A stretch of 64,000 bases of DNA, taken from a candidate division WOR-3 bacterium. Its GTDB lineage: Bacteria; Hydrothermota; Tepidihabitantia; Tepidihabitantales; Tepidihabitantaceae. The position numbers and the translations under genes were made by a program. The notes under the pieces are model-generated. The model ran no database searches. It was not told the origin of the DNA and was given only the letters and a program-made list of their open reading frames with translations. Positions 29,583 to 40,652 of the stretch are shown here, piece by piece; positions within the stretch are counted from its first letter, which is position 1; every line of letters begins with the position of its first letter. Location of the stretch: positions 1 to 64,000 of the forward strand of contig CBFGKH010000003.1 in assembly GCA_965649295.1 (NCBI GenBank), written 5' to 3'.

Positions 29583-30356
29583 CTACATCAGCATACCGCC
29601 ATCAACGCGAATGACCTGACCGGTAATGTAGTCCGCCGCCGCCGACACCAGAAACAAACAGACCCCAGCAACGTCCTCGGCGGTACCGGCCCGCTTTAGT
29701 GGTATAGCATTGATGTAGGCTTCTCGCACTGCCGGGTCGAGCTTGTCGGTCATTGCCGTGGCGATAAACCCTGGCGCCACGGCGTTGACCGTCACATTCC
29801 GGGCTGCCAGCTCTCGCGCCAGTGACTTGGTAAAACCGATCAGACCCGCCTTGGCTGCCGCGTAGTTTGCCTGGCCAGAATTACCCATCTGACCGATGAC
29901 CGAACTAATGTTAATAACTCGTCCCCAGCGAGCCCGGGAGAGCTGCTTGAAACATGCCTTGCTGAAGTTGAACGCACCTTTCAGATTGACAGCAACCACC
30001 CGATCAAAATCCTCTTCGCTCATGCGCAGCAGTAGATTATCGCGGGTGATGCCGGCATTATTCACTAGTATCTCCACGCCACCGAGCTCGGTAACAATCC
30101 GCTCGCCCACTTGCTGCACTGCCACATAGTCGGCAACATCAACCGCATAACCCCGACCCGAACCACCGGCCTCAACAATCTCAGCAGCCACACGGTCAGC
30201 AGCCTCCTGAACCAAATCACAGACTGCCACCGCCGCACCAGCCCCGGCCAGCGCACGGGCAATTGCCCGACCGATACCGGCCGCACCCCCTGTCACGATC
30301 GCCCGCCGGCCATTCAGATCCACCTTCAACTCAGCCACAACTGAATCAGCACTCAT
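29583..30356 (-). CDS. fabG: 3-oxoacyl-ACP reductase
   Basis: TGGAAGIG, NNAGITRD, GQANYAAAK, PGFIAT, VDGG; ATG 30356 with GGAG RBS. Confidence 0.93.
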   Translation of the reverse strand: MSADSVVAELKVDLNGRRAIVTGGAAGIGRAIARALAGAGAAVAVCDLVQEAADRVAAEIVEAGGSGRGYAVDVADYVAVQQVGERIVTELGGVEILVNNAGITRDNLLLRMSEEDFDRVVAVNLKGAFNFSKACFKQLSRARWGRVINISSVIGQMGNSGQANYAAAKAGLIGFTKSLARELAARNVTVNAVAPGFIATAMTDKLDPAVREAYINAIPLKRAGTAEDVAGVCLFLVSAAADYITGQVIRVDGGMLM

Positions 30357-30369
30357 CGCCACTCCCTTC

Positions 30370-30708
30370 TCACTTGTCCGACTGACGCATTGTGCAGTTA
30401 CCCTGAAACACACAGCCCCGCTGGATAATCAATGACCGGCAGGTGATGTTGCCGAAAACCTCGGCTCCGGTCTGCAGTTCCACCCCCTCGGCAGCAACAA
30501 TGTCACCCTCAATTCGACCGGCGATCACGGCATCGCGACAACGCAAGCCGCCTTTGAGCAGTGACCGCGGCCCGGCCAGAAATGACTCGGCTACCTCCAG
30601 GTCGCCCTCCACGTGACCATCAAGCCGCAGACAGCCATCAACCTGCAGATTGCCCTTGGCTCGCGTCTGGGCGCCGATCAGAGTATCAAGCTTACTCGCC
30701 CCTGCCAT
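30370..30708 (-). CDS. Bactofilin (polymer-forming cytoskeletal protein)
   Basis: TLIG, LRLDG.VEG, IAGRIEGDI, V.GNI, FQGNC.M repeats. Confidence 0.92.
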   Translation of the reverse strand: MAGASKLDTLIGAQTRAKGNLQVDGCLRLDGHVEGDLEVAESFLAGPRSLLKGGLRCRDAVIAGRIEGDIVAAEGVELQTGAEVFGNITCRSLIIQRGCVFQGNCTMRQSDK

Positions 30709-30727
30709 CAGTACACCGTCGGCGCGT

Positions 30728-32050
30728 TCATCGGCTCTTTCCCCCCAGCCGCGCCAGTATCATCTCGCTCGGCCGCGGCGCGGCCGGCCCGATACTGAAC
30801 GCCTTCGGAAGCTCGCGAGCGACAGACTCGACCCGCCGCTCATCAGAACCACCGACCCGGACGAGAACGTCGCCCTTGGTTACTCGATCGCGACACTTCT
30901 TACGCAGAATCATTCCAGCCGCATGGTCCACTCCCGCGTCAACCCGCGAGCGGCCGACACCAAGCTCTATCCCCAGCAATCCGACCTTCAAAGCATCAAT
31001 CCCAACCACATAACCCGACTTTTCGGCCCGCACGTCACGGCTGAACTTCGCCGTTGGCAGCCGCCCGTAGTCGTCAACCACTCGGCAGTCGCCTCCCTGC
31101 GCTTCAACCATTTGCCGAAACTTGGCCAGTGCCTTACCGTCGCTCACGGTCCGCAACAGGAGTCGCCGGGCCTGGGCTGCCGTCTCGGCACGACGAGCCA
31201 GCAACAGCATCTCCACACCGAGCGCCAGCGTCACCTCTTCGAGGTCATCGGGCCAGTTACCTTTCAAAGCTTCAATCGCCTCAACCACCTCAACGGCGTT
31301 GCCAACCGCATAGCCAAGCGGCTCCGCCATACTCGTCACCAGCGCGACTGTCCGCACCCCCAGCTGCGCACCAATATCAATCATCGTCCGAGCCAGCCGC
31401 CTAGCCTGGACCGGCTTGGACATAAAGGCACCGTTTCCGGTTTTGACATCGAGCACCAGTCCATCAATCCCTTCGGCCAACTTCTTACTCATGACGCTCG
31501 CGGCAATCAGTGGAATCGAATCCACTGTTGCCGTTACGTCGCGCAACGCGTACATCCGCCGGTCAGCCGGGCAGAATCGTTCCGACTGTCCCATCATCGC
31601 TACGCCGACGGTCTCCAGGCACCGACGGAACTCGCGCATTCCGAGGTCGGTCCGAAAACCCGGGATTGATTCGAGCTTGTCCAACGTCCCACCCGTGTGC
31701 CCAAGACCACGGCCCGACACCATCGGCACAAACAGACCACAGGCAGCCACCATCGGCGCGAGCACGAGCGAAACCTTGTCGCCGACACCGCCAGTCGAAT
31801 GCTTGTCCACCCGCGGTCCGGGCAGGTCACTCAGGTCTAGAGTCTCGCCTGAGTTCATCATTGCCAGCGTCAGGGCTGACGTTTCGTCTGGAGTCATTCC
31901 CCGAAACCAGACTGCCATCAACCAGGCAGCCATCTGATAATCCGGCACCTTGCCGGCCACAAACCCGCTAACCAGGGCCGCAATCTCATCAGTACTCATC
32001 CGGCCACCGTCACGTTTGCGCCGGATCAACTCATAAAGATTGATATGCAT
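30728..32050 (-). CDS. pdp: Pyrimidine-nucleoside (thymidine) phosphorylase
   Basis: DKHSTGGVGDK, SGRGLGHTGGT, YALRDVT, SVMSKK, DVKTG.GAF; promoter TTGACA-N16-TATGAT at 32093-32066. Confidence 0.96.
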   Translation of the reverse strand: MHINLYELIRRKRDGGRMSTDEIAALVSGFVAGKVPDYQMAAWLMAVWFRGMTPDETSALTLAMMNSGETLDLSDLPGPRVDKHSTGGVGDKVSLVLAPMVAACGLFVPMVSGRGLGHTGGTLDKLESIPGFRTDLGMREFRRCLETVGVAMMGQSERFCPADRRMYALRDVTATVDSIPLIAASVMSKKLAEGIDGLVLDVKTGNGAFMSKPVQARRLARTMIDIGAQLGVRTVALVTSMAEPLGYAVGNAVEVVEAIEALKGNWPDDLEEVTLALGVEMLLLARRAETAAQARRLLLRTVSDGKALAKFRQMVEAQGGDCRVVDDYGRLPTAKFSRDVRAEKSGYVVGIDALKVGLLGIELGVGRSRVDAGVDHAAGMILRKKCRDRVTKGDVLVRVGGSDERRVESVARELPKAFSIGPAAPRPSEMILARLGGKSR

Positions 32051-32111
32051 TTGGAACGACAGGGCATCATAACCCGACCGCCAGCCGTGTCAAACAGACA
32101 GGCCCAACCGT

Positions 32112-33815
32112 CTACCGAATCACCATCGAACCTGTCCTGGCCTCTCTGTCAGTCACTACTCGGACGAAATAGGTACCAGCCGGCACCTTTGCATCCCAGA
32201 CCACTGACGAGCCATCGGGCCGGTCGAAGTCCGCGACTACACGACCGGCCACATCGGTCACGAGCACTTGCCTAGCGCAACCCGACCAGCCAATCGTCAC
32301 TGACCCCCTACCCACAGTTGGGCAGATTACCAGTGCTGCTCCACCAGCCCGAGGCAACCGTGACTCTGACACTGCTCCACCGGTGAACCATGGCGCGTTG
32401 AAATAGACGCCCGTGCTGTCTGCATCCGCGAACACGAGCCCACCACCTGGCCCCGGCCCATGGGGCGAATAGACGATTTGCGGCGTGACATCGTAGCCAA
32501 AGCCGGTTCGCACGGTCTGGTTGATAAGAGTCGGCGCTGACCAGTTGTCCGGCTGATTTGCCTGGGCCCAGACCAGATAGCAGGTAAAGTCGTCGGTGCG
32601 GACGTAGGAGGCATTGACATAGGGGTTACCGCGTTCGGTGAATGGCTTTAGGTCTACATACGCCTCAACCGCAGTTGAGTAAGCAATATCGTCAATCACG
32701 CTCCAGGTCCGCATTCGGTCATTGGTATGAGCGTAGAGGACATCCCAGTCGAGAGTGCCGTTATAGTTATGACTGAAGACTATCCAGCAGCGGGCTGTTG
32801 ATTCTGGCAGAGTGAAGGCCGGCGCAAAGACAGCATCGTAAACCCGAAACGAGTCGGCAACAACATCATCCGAGAGCCACGAACCAGGACTGCCAAAGAA
32901 GGTACTGAGCGATGCCTGCGCAACGTTACGGAACCTCGCCACTCGTGGCGCTGCCCCTAGGTAGATGTGTGAACCGGCACCGGCCCGTAGGCGCGGATGA
33001 CTACAATTCGCAATTGAATCGGTGATTGCCCAAGTAAGGCCAAAGTCTGTTGACCGCAGCAACGCGGCTGCGGGCCAGTCGGTTGTTCTCTCCTGCATGC
33101 CGTTATAGGCAACCCCATAGAGGTAGTAGGGCCTGACATAATCGCGGCAGGCAGCAAAGTCGGTAATCGAATCCGGCCCCACCAGCACCGGTGTCCCGAA
33201 CTGTACACTGCCGTTGTGGTTGAGTCGCACAACCCTGAGGTCGCCGTTGTTCTCTTCCAGCAGTTCGAAGACATAAACGAAGTTAGAGTCGCCCTCACCG
33301 ACGACAAGCTCCAACTTGCCGATTGGGTGCTTGGGTGGCCAGTAGTAACCTGTCAACCAATCCCAAGACGCGCCGTGATTGGTCGAACGCAACACGTGAA
33401 CCGAAGAATCTGACCGCGACCCCACTGCCACCCACATTGTGCCGTTCGGGTCCTGCTCGTAGTCAACTGCAAACCAATAGGGCGGAGCACCATCGATCTG
33501 CTGGTCAGGAGCAAACCATTGCGGCCGAGCGGCCAGAATAACGGGTTGCTTGATATCTGACCGACGTGACTGTCGTGACAGCAGGACGGCCTGAATCTCG
33601 TTCTCAAGCAGTTTGGCACCGGTCCGGTCACCAGCCGCCAGCCGCTCCTGCTGCTGCAGTCGAATCTGTTCGAACTCAGACGTTGCATTGCCTGCCCGCC
33701 CCGGCAAGAGGCCGGACTTGAAAGAACTGGCTGGCATCAGCTCGGGCCGGTCTTTGGCCGCAAGAGTCACCGACACCAACATTAGTACTATGCGCAGAGC
33801 CAGACTAATACGCAT
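32112..33815 (-). CDS. Secreted protein with Asp-box/BNR repeats and T9SS/FlgD-like C-terminal domain
   Basis: Signal peptide; RSTNHGASW, RSTDFGLTW, HTND..RTW; tail TDVAGRVV...WDAKVPAGTYFVRV...MVIR. Confidence 0.8.
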   Translation of the reverse strand: MRISLALRIVLMLVSVTLAAKDRPELMPASSFKSGLLPGRAGNATSEFEQIRLQQQERLAAGDRTGAKLLENEIQAVLLSRQSRRSDIKQPVILAARPQWFAPDQQIDGAPPYWFAVDYEQDPNGTMWVAVGSRSDSSVHVLRSTNHGASWDWLTGYYWPPKHPIGKLELVVGEGDSNFVYVFELLEENNGDLRVVRLNHNGSVQFGTPVLVGPDSITDFAACRDYVRPYYLYGVAYNGMQERTTDWPAAALLRSTDFGLTWAITDSIANCSHPRLRAGAGSHIYLGAAPRVARFRNVAQASLSTFFGSPGSWLSDDVVADSFRVYDAVFAPAFTLPESTARCWIVFSHNYNGTLDWDVLYAHTNDRMRTWSVIDDIAYSTAVEAYVDLKPFTERGNPYVNASYVRTDDFTCYLVWAQANQPDNWSAPTLINQTVRTGFGYDVTPQIVYSPHGPGPGGGLVFADADSTGVYFNAPWFTGGAVSESRLPRAGGAALVICPTVGRGSVTIGWSGCARQVLVTDVAGRVVADFDRPDGSSVVWDAKVPAGTYFVRVVTDREARTGSMVIR

Positions 33816-33924
33816 ACGCTCCTCCTCGGGAAATTGCCGAGCTATTGTCAGTCTAGCCCCCCTCCTGATATCCTGTCAACCAACGACTGGTGCTTTACAA
33901 GTGAGGCAACTTCATACTGCCACG

Positions 33925-34330
33925 TCACCCCCACTGACGACGCGACCCTGCCAAGAATGGTCTCCGCAACTCGCCTGACACCAGCACAGCAAAGACATCA
34001 GCAAACCTAGTCAGCCACCCAGCTACGGACCTATCGCCGAGCTGTCTGCCGCACCCTGACCAAGAGCTGACGGCATGCCTGTCAGCAGAGAGCCACCAAA
34101 ACAGCTGAAGAATGTCTTCTACAGACCAAGACTGGAAGTGACCTCCAAAACCCCACCTAAGCCCAGCCCCAATGGCTATTGCGTACCCCGCCACAAGTAG
34201 CCATTGACCTGCCTCTACTAGAAGCGTCACAGTAGGTCCCCCGAACCACTCCCGGGACGGCCCCCTGGATGGGTTCTCAGCAAGCGTCTGGCACACCCAA
34301 CCCAGCAATTCGCTGTCAGTTACGTTGAAA
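33925..34330. repeat. Degenerate 12-bp tandem array
   Basis: 12-mers in one register from 33987, e.g. cagcaaagacat, cagcaaacctag, ctacggacctat, cagcagagagcc, ctacagaccaag, ctccaaaacccc; C at position 4 and purines at 5-7 recur. Confidence 0.55.
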
Positions 34331-34390
34331 CCCGACCTAGTTGTCTTTCCGAAACAAAAAGAGTTCTGCACCACCAAACCACGGCTGTGC

Positions 34391-34418
34391 TTGACAGCCG
34401 GACTGATGCTTCTATACT
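34391..34418 (+). promoter_or_regulatory. rho promoter TTGACA-N16-TATACT
   Basis: Near-consensus hexamers about 220 nt upstream of rho ATG. Confidence 0.75.
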
Positions 34419-34636
34419 TCCTTTGAGGACGGAACCAGCCGGCCAAGGCATCTGGCCCAAACCCGGCAGTCCCATGCTCCCACGGATAAGTCCCGGAAAC
34501 TGCATCGCTGACAAACGCTAGTTTCCTTCTCCCGCTACGTAAACCTGGTCTAGCTTCGGGACGTCGAGCATCGGGCCGAAACGAAACAACACCGGCAGTT
34601 CCAAACCCGGACTCTGTCCGGGACCAAGGAGAGACA

Positions 34637-35902
<1,266 letters not shown>

Positions 35903-35911
35903 GGCGGACAT

Positions 35912-36133
35912 ATGAAACCAAAGATTCATCCCAAGTACGTTGACTCAGTAATCGTCTGTGCCTGCGGCAACACCATCAAGACCCGCTCGACTAAGCCGAA
36001 GATGAATGTTGACCTCTGCTCAGCCTGCCACCCATTCTTCACTGGCAAGCAGAAGCTGGTTGACACTGCCGGCCGAGTCGAGAAGTTCCGCCGCAAGTAC
36101 GGCCAGCCGGCCGGCACGGCCAAACCGAAGTAA
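35912..36133 (+). CDS. rpmE: 50S ribosomal protein L31 (Zn-binding type)
   Basis: [25 protein letters not shown]. Confidence 0.98.
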   Translation: MKPKIHPKYVDSVIVCACGNTIKTRSTKPKMNVDLCSACHPFFTGKQKLVDTAGRVEKFRRKYGQPAGTAKPK

Positions 36134-36161
36134 CCGCTACCGGACCGTCTTACAGCAGCCG

Positions 36162-37284
36162 ATGCCTGCCGGCGACACCCGTAGCAGCACTGCCGATATT
36201 GCTGCCCTTACTGAGCGGCTGCGTAAGCTGCAGGAGTTTCTTTGACCTGCCGGCTCGCCGCGCTGAACTCAAACAACTCAACGAGGAAACCGGTCGGCCT
36301 GACTTCTGGACTGATTCACGCCGCGCCCAAGCGGTCATGCGCCGCGTCGGCGCACTCAACGACCTGCTCCAACGGGTAGACCGGCTCGACCAGGAAGTGG
36401 CCGACGCTGCCGAGCTGCTTCGGCTCTTCGGCAGCGAAGACGAGACGGCCCAGGCCGAACTCGAACAGACCATCAGAACCATCGAACAGGACATCACCGC
36501 TCTCGAAGAGCGGGCGATGTTCGCATCGCCGGAGGACGCCCGTTCAGCGATTCTGTCAATCCACCCGGGTGCCGGTGGTACTGAGTCATGCGACTGGGCG
36601 CAGATGCTCTATCGGCTCTATACCCGTTACATTGAAATCAGCGGACTCAAGTATCAAGTCCTCGACTATCAGGAAAACGAGGAGGCCGGCATCAAGGACG
36701 CCACCCTGGAAGTCACCGGCGCGTATGCCTACGGCCTACTGAAATCGGAGGCCGGCGTGCATCGGCTGGTCCGGGTTTCACCGTTTGATGCCAATGGCCG
36801 ACGCCACACCAGTTTTGCGGCGGTCTCGGTCCTCCCCGAAGTGGACGAGATTGAGGTTGAAATCAATCCCAATGACCTAAAGGTTGACACATTTCGGGCT
36901 GGTGGCCATGGCGGTCAGAATGTCAACAAGGTGAGTTCGGCGGTTCGCATCACCCATCTGCCGACCGGCATCGTTGTCGTCTGCCAGAACGAACGTAGCC
37001 AACTGCAGAACAAGACCAACGCTCTGAAGATTCTCCGCTCTCGGCTCTACGACTACTACAAGCGTGCTCAGGACGCCGAACGGGAGAAACTCGAAGCTCA
37101 GAAAACCGACATTGCCTGGGGCCACCAAATTCGTTCCTATGTCTTCTTTCCCTACCAGCTGGTCAAAGACCATCGCACCGGCGTTGAGACCCATGACGTC
37201 AATGCTGTAATGGACGGTCATATCCAACCTTTCGTCCACGCCTGGCTGACCAATCGCACCAACCGAACCCCTGCTTCAGCTTGA
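36162..37284 (+). CDS. prfB: Peptide chain release factor 2, programmed +1 frameshift
   Basis: SPF and GGQ motifs; ORF1 from ATG 36162 ends at CTT-TGA-C (36240-36246) with internal SD AGGAG 3 nt upstream. Confidence 0.97.
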
Positions 37285-37367
37285 CAACGCGGCAATCGCG
37301 GCATTAGAATCGCACGTTGCATTGAAAAGAGTGCCGGTCCTGGGCCGGCTGACAACGGAGGTAATCG

Positions 37368-37553
37368 ATGAAAGTGTCGGTTGACAGAGAACTCTGCACT
37401 TGCTGCGAGCTCTGCGTGAACAGTTGTCCGGATATCTTCGAAGTTGATGGTGATGTGGTCAAGGCCAAGGTTGATGTTGTACCCGAGGGTGCAGAAGAGT
37501 GCGTCCAGCAGGCCGCTGAGGACTGTCCGGCCAGCGCCATCAAGATCGAGTAA
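37368..37553 (+). CDS. Monocluster [4Fe-4S] ferredoxin
   Basis: CTCCELC...CP.IF...DCPASAI; RBS GGAGGT; promoter TTGACA-N18-TAGAAT at 37281-37310. Confidence 0.92.
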   Translation: MKVSVDRELCTCCELCVNSCPDIFEVDGDVVKAKVDVVPEGAEECVQQAAEDCPASAIKIE

Positions 37554-37571
37554 GTTGGTATTTAGGCAAGT

Positions 37572-37600
37572 GCCCGCCGGCTCCGCCGGCGGGCGTTCGT
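37572..37600 (+). terminator. Intrinsic terminator-like hairpin after ferredoxin
   Basis: GCCCGCCGG-ctccg-CCGGCGGGC followed by gttcgttgt. Confidence 0.65.
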
Positions 37601-37645
37601 TGTAACTGCTCCGAAATGGCCGATTCCAGCGTCTAACATAAAGAG

Positions 37646-38305
37646 GTGGCCAATATGCTCCTAAACGACAATGTCAAAAATCAAGTACTGAGTCGTTTCA
37701 ATGCTATCACCAACCCGGTTCGACTCGTCGTCTTTACCCAGGAAGTCGAGTGTGCCCATTGCCGCGAGAACCGACAATTGGCTGAGGAAGTGGCGGCACT
37801 GGCGCCGGACAGAGTCGCCATCGAGGTTCACAATCTCATTACCGAACCTGATAAGGCCCAGCAGTTCAACGTCGATAAGGTTCCGGCCATTGCCGTTGTC
37901 GGCAATAAAGACTACGGGATCCGCTTCTACGGCGTGCCCGCTGGTTTTGAGTTCAGCACTTTCATCGCTGCCATCGAATTGGCCGCCAGTGGCGACAGCC
38001 GGCTCAAGCCGGCGTCACTGACAAGACTCACCACTCTTTCTGCCCCGGTTGAAATAATGGTCTTCACCACACTCACCTGTCCGGCCTGTCCGGCAGCCGC
38101 GATGCTAGCCCACCGCATCGCTGTCGCCAGTGACCTGGTCACTGCCAGTGTCATTGACGCCGCCGAGTTTCCCCACCTTGCCAATCTCTACAATGTCATG
38201 GCTGTGCCCAAGATCGTCGTCAATCGTAGCCATTCCTTCACCGGCGCCCTACCCGAGGAGAAATTCGTAGCAGAAGTCATCAACGGAGCAGTTGCCACGA
38301 GATGA
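37646..38305 (+). CDS. Protein disulfide oxidoreductase (two thioredoxin folds; AhpF-NTD/PDO type)
   Basis: CAHC and CPAC, GIRFYGVPAGFEF, EFP.LA..YNVMAVP, GALPE. Confidence 0.9.
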   Translation: MANMLLNDNVKNQVLSRFNAITNPVRLVVFTQEVECAHCRENRQLAEEVAALAPDRVAIEVHNLITEPDKAQQFNVDKVPAIAVVGNKDYGIRFYGVPAGFEFSTFIAAIELAASGDSRLKPASLTRLTTLSAPVEIMVFTTLTCPACPAAAMLAHRIAVASDLVTASVIDAAEFPHLANLYNVMAVPKIVVNRSHSFTGALPEEKFVAEVINGAVATR

Positions 38306-39393
38306 TGAAGAACTCAATCCGGCTTGGCACTCTCTTCGGCATACCTATTACCCTCCACAGCTCGTTTCTGCTCTTTCTTGCACTGCTAGCTGCGGTCTAT
38401 CTTTTCCAGGGCGGCCCAGCTGCCGCCGTCCGGGGCGTCGCTTTCATCCTTGCGGTTTTCCTCTCAGTCACGCTCCACGAACTCGGCCACAGCCTTGTTG
38501 CCCGCAGCTACGGCATCAAGGTGCGAGAGATAGCACTGCTACCAATTGGCGGCATCTCTCACCTTGAGACGATGCCAACCCGACCAGCCGCTGAGTTCCT
38601 CATCTCGCTGGCCGGTCCAGCAACGAGTGTTGTCGTCGGGCTGCTACTCGGCCTAGTGAGCTTGTTCCTGTACGGGTTCAGGGCGACGATTGACCAGTCT
38701 CTCGCTGCCGGCCCATTCCTTGCTAACCTCGCCCGTGTCAACCTACTCCTCGCCATATTCAACCTGCTGCCGGGGTTTCCGATGGACGGGGGGCGCATCT
38801 TTCGTGCTATCCTTGCCAACAGAATGTCCTATCCGCAGGCGACTGCGATTGCCGCGACTGTCGGTCGCATCTTCGCCATTGTCCTAGGGATCGTCGGCCT
38901 CTTCTACAATCTCTGGCTACTCTTTATCGCCCTGTTCATTTTCTTCGGTGCAACTCAGGAAGAAAGTCAAGTACGAATCCGCACATTACTACACGGTGTC
39001 CCGGTTAGCCGCGTGATGGCCACCACCTTTCAGACCCTGGCACCCGACGACCCGATCAGCCGTGCCGTCGAACACGCCTACCACGGTTTTCAGGAGGATT
39101 TTCCGGTAACAAGTGCCGGCCGGGTTGTTGGCATGCTACAGAAGAACGACCTGCTGGCCGCGCTGCACCAACACGGCCCGCAGGTGCCGGTGGCTGAGGT
39201 TATGCAAACCGACTTCGTGTCGGTGAACCCGGAACAGACGCTAGAAGAAGTCTATCAGGCGATTCAGAACTGCCGCTGTTCGTCTTTGCCCGTCATTGCC
39301 AACGACGCTGTCATCGGCGTTGTGACGCTCGAGGCCCTTGGCCGTTTCTTTGCCTTCACTGGTGCCGCCAGCAGTCGCCCCAGTCGTGGCTAA
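38302..39393 (+). CDS. Site-2 (M50) intramembrane metalloprotease with CBS pair
   Basis: HELGH, ISLAGP, FNLLPGFPMDGGR, two CBS repeats. Confidence 0.93.
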   Translation: MMKNSIRLGTLFGIPITLHSSFLLFLALLAAVYLFQGGPAAAVRGVAFILAVFLSVTLHELGHSLVARSYGIKVREIALLPIGGISHLETMPTRPAAEFLISLAGPATSVVVGLLLGLVSLFLYGFRATIDQSLAAGPFLANLARVNLLLAIFNLLPGFPMDGGRIFRAILANRMSYPQATAIAATVGRIFAIVLGIVGLFYNLWLLFIALFIFFGATQEESQVRIRTLLHGVPVSRVMATTFQTLAPDDPISRAVEHAYHGFQEDFPVTSAGRVVGMLQKNDLLAALHQHGPQVPVAEVMQTDFVSVNPEQTLEEVYQAIQNCRCSSLPVIANDAVIGVVTLEALGRFFAFTGAASSRPSRG

Positions 39394-40652
39394 CGACGAC
39401 GGCGATCGAGAGCCGCGTCAATCAGCCGCCGACAGCGAGCCAGTGCTGGTTCCGGGCCAGTAAGCTTGAGCCAAACCTTGCCTAGCCGATAGTCCTCGTC
39501 CACTACCCGTCCGGAGTTACGCAAAAGCGCAATCAAGTCGCCCCGCTGCTCCGGCACGGTGAACTCACGGCTTACCATCTGAGCCTCGACCCGGCGTAGT
39601 AGTGCGGCTTTCAGTTCATCAATCCCCTGACCAGACCTAGCCGACACAAACAGTGCCCCAGCATAACTACGCCGCAATCGTTCGATAACTGTCCGGTCAT
39701 AGACGACATCGATCTTGCTGAAGACAAGCTGGGTCGGCTTGTCGCCGGCACCGATTTGCACTAGTGTCTCGTTGACTACATCAATTCGCCGGTCAACCTG
39801 CTCGTCACTAGCATCAGCCACGTGCAGCACCAGGCTAGCATCACGGATTTCCGACAGCGTCGAACGAAAACTAGCAATAAGCTGAGGCGGCAAGTTACGG
39901 ATGAAACCAACGGTATCCGTGACCAGCACTCGCACTTGCCGACTGAGGTCGAGTCCCTTGGTATTCGCGTCGAGCGTGGCGAAAAGCTGGTCTGAAACTC
40001 TAACACCGGCTGCTGTTAGTCGGTTGAGCAGAGTTGACTTACCAGCATTGGTATAGCCGGCCAGCACCACCCGATACATCCCCACCCGCCGGTCGCGCTG
40101 AATCGCCCGTTCGCGGTCAATCCGCACCAGTGCCTTGCGTAGCGCGGCAATGCGCTGGTCAATCCGTCGCCGATCAACTTCCAGCTTAGTCTCACCCGGG
40201 CCGCGCGTACCAATCCCAGCCCCGAGGCGGGACAGCTCAACCCCGAATCCAGTCAGCCGCGGCCGCCGATACTCAAGCTGAGCCAGTTCCACCTGCGTTT
40301 TGGCCTCTGCCGTCCGAGCATGTAAAGCAAAGATATCAAGAATCAATGCTGCCCGGTCAATGATGCGCAATCGCATGGCGTCTTCGAGATTGCGCTGCTG
40401 TGTCGGACTGAGCTCCTCATCAAAGATTACAAGCTCAATCCGATGCTGACGGCAGAGATTGCGAAGCTGACTCACCATGCCTTTGCCGATGAGTGTTGCC
40501 GGGTCAAGTCGGGGCCGAACCTGAATCATCCGTTCGACGACCTCGCCGCCAGCCGTACGGGTGAGGGCGGCCAGCTCATCGAGCGATTCGGCCTTGGCCC
40601 AGCGCAACCGGCTCGAGGTCGCTACTCCAACCAGCAGGATTCTGACGCTCAA
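39390..40652 (-). CDS. hflX: GTPase HflX
   Basis: ELAQLEY, GPGETKLE.DRR, GYTNAGKS, LFATLD, DTVGF; start likely TTG 40652 overlapping upstream stop. Confidence 0.96.
   Translation of the reverse strand: MSVRILLVGVATSSRLRWAKAESLDELAALTRTAGGEVVERMIQVRPRLDPATLIGKGMVSQLRNLCRQHRIELVIFDEELSPTQQRNLEDAMRLRIIDRAALILDIFALHARTAEAKTQVELAQLEYRRPRLTGFGVELSRLGAGIGTRGPGETKLEVDRRRIDQRIAALRKALVRIDRERAIQRDRRVGMYRVVLAGYTNAGKSTLLNRLTAAGVRVSDQLFATLDANTKGLDLSRQVRVLVTDTVGFIRNLPPQLIASFRSTLSEIRDASLVLHVADASDEQVDRRIDVVNETLVQIGAGDKPTQLVFSKIDVVYDRTVIERLRRSYAGALFVSARSGQGIDELKAALLRRVEAQMVSREFTVPEQRGDLIALLRNSGRVVDEDYRLGKVWLKLTGPEPALARCRRLIDAALDRRRR

Noticed and set aside
30650..31669. 339-aa plus-strand ORF
   Set aside because: Antisense shadow of pdp with no recognisable motifs; expected in GC-rich DNA
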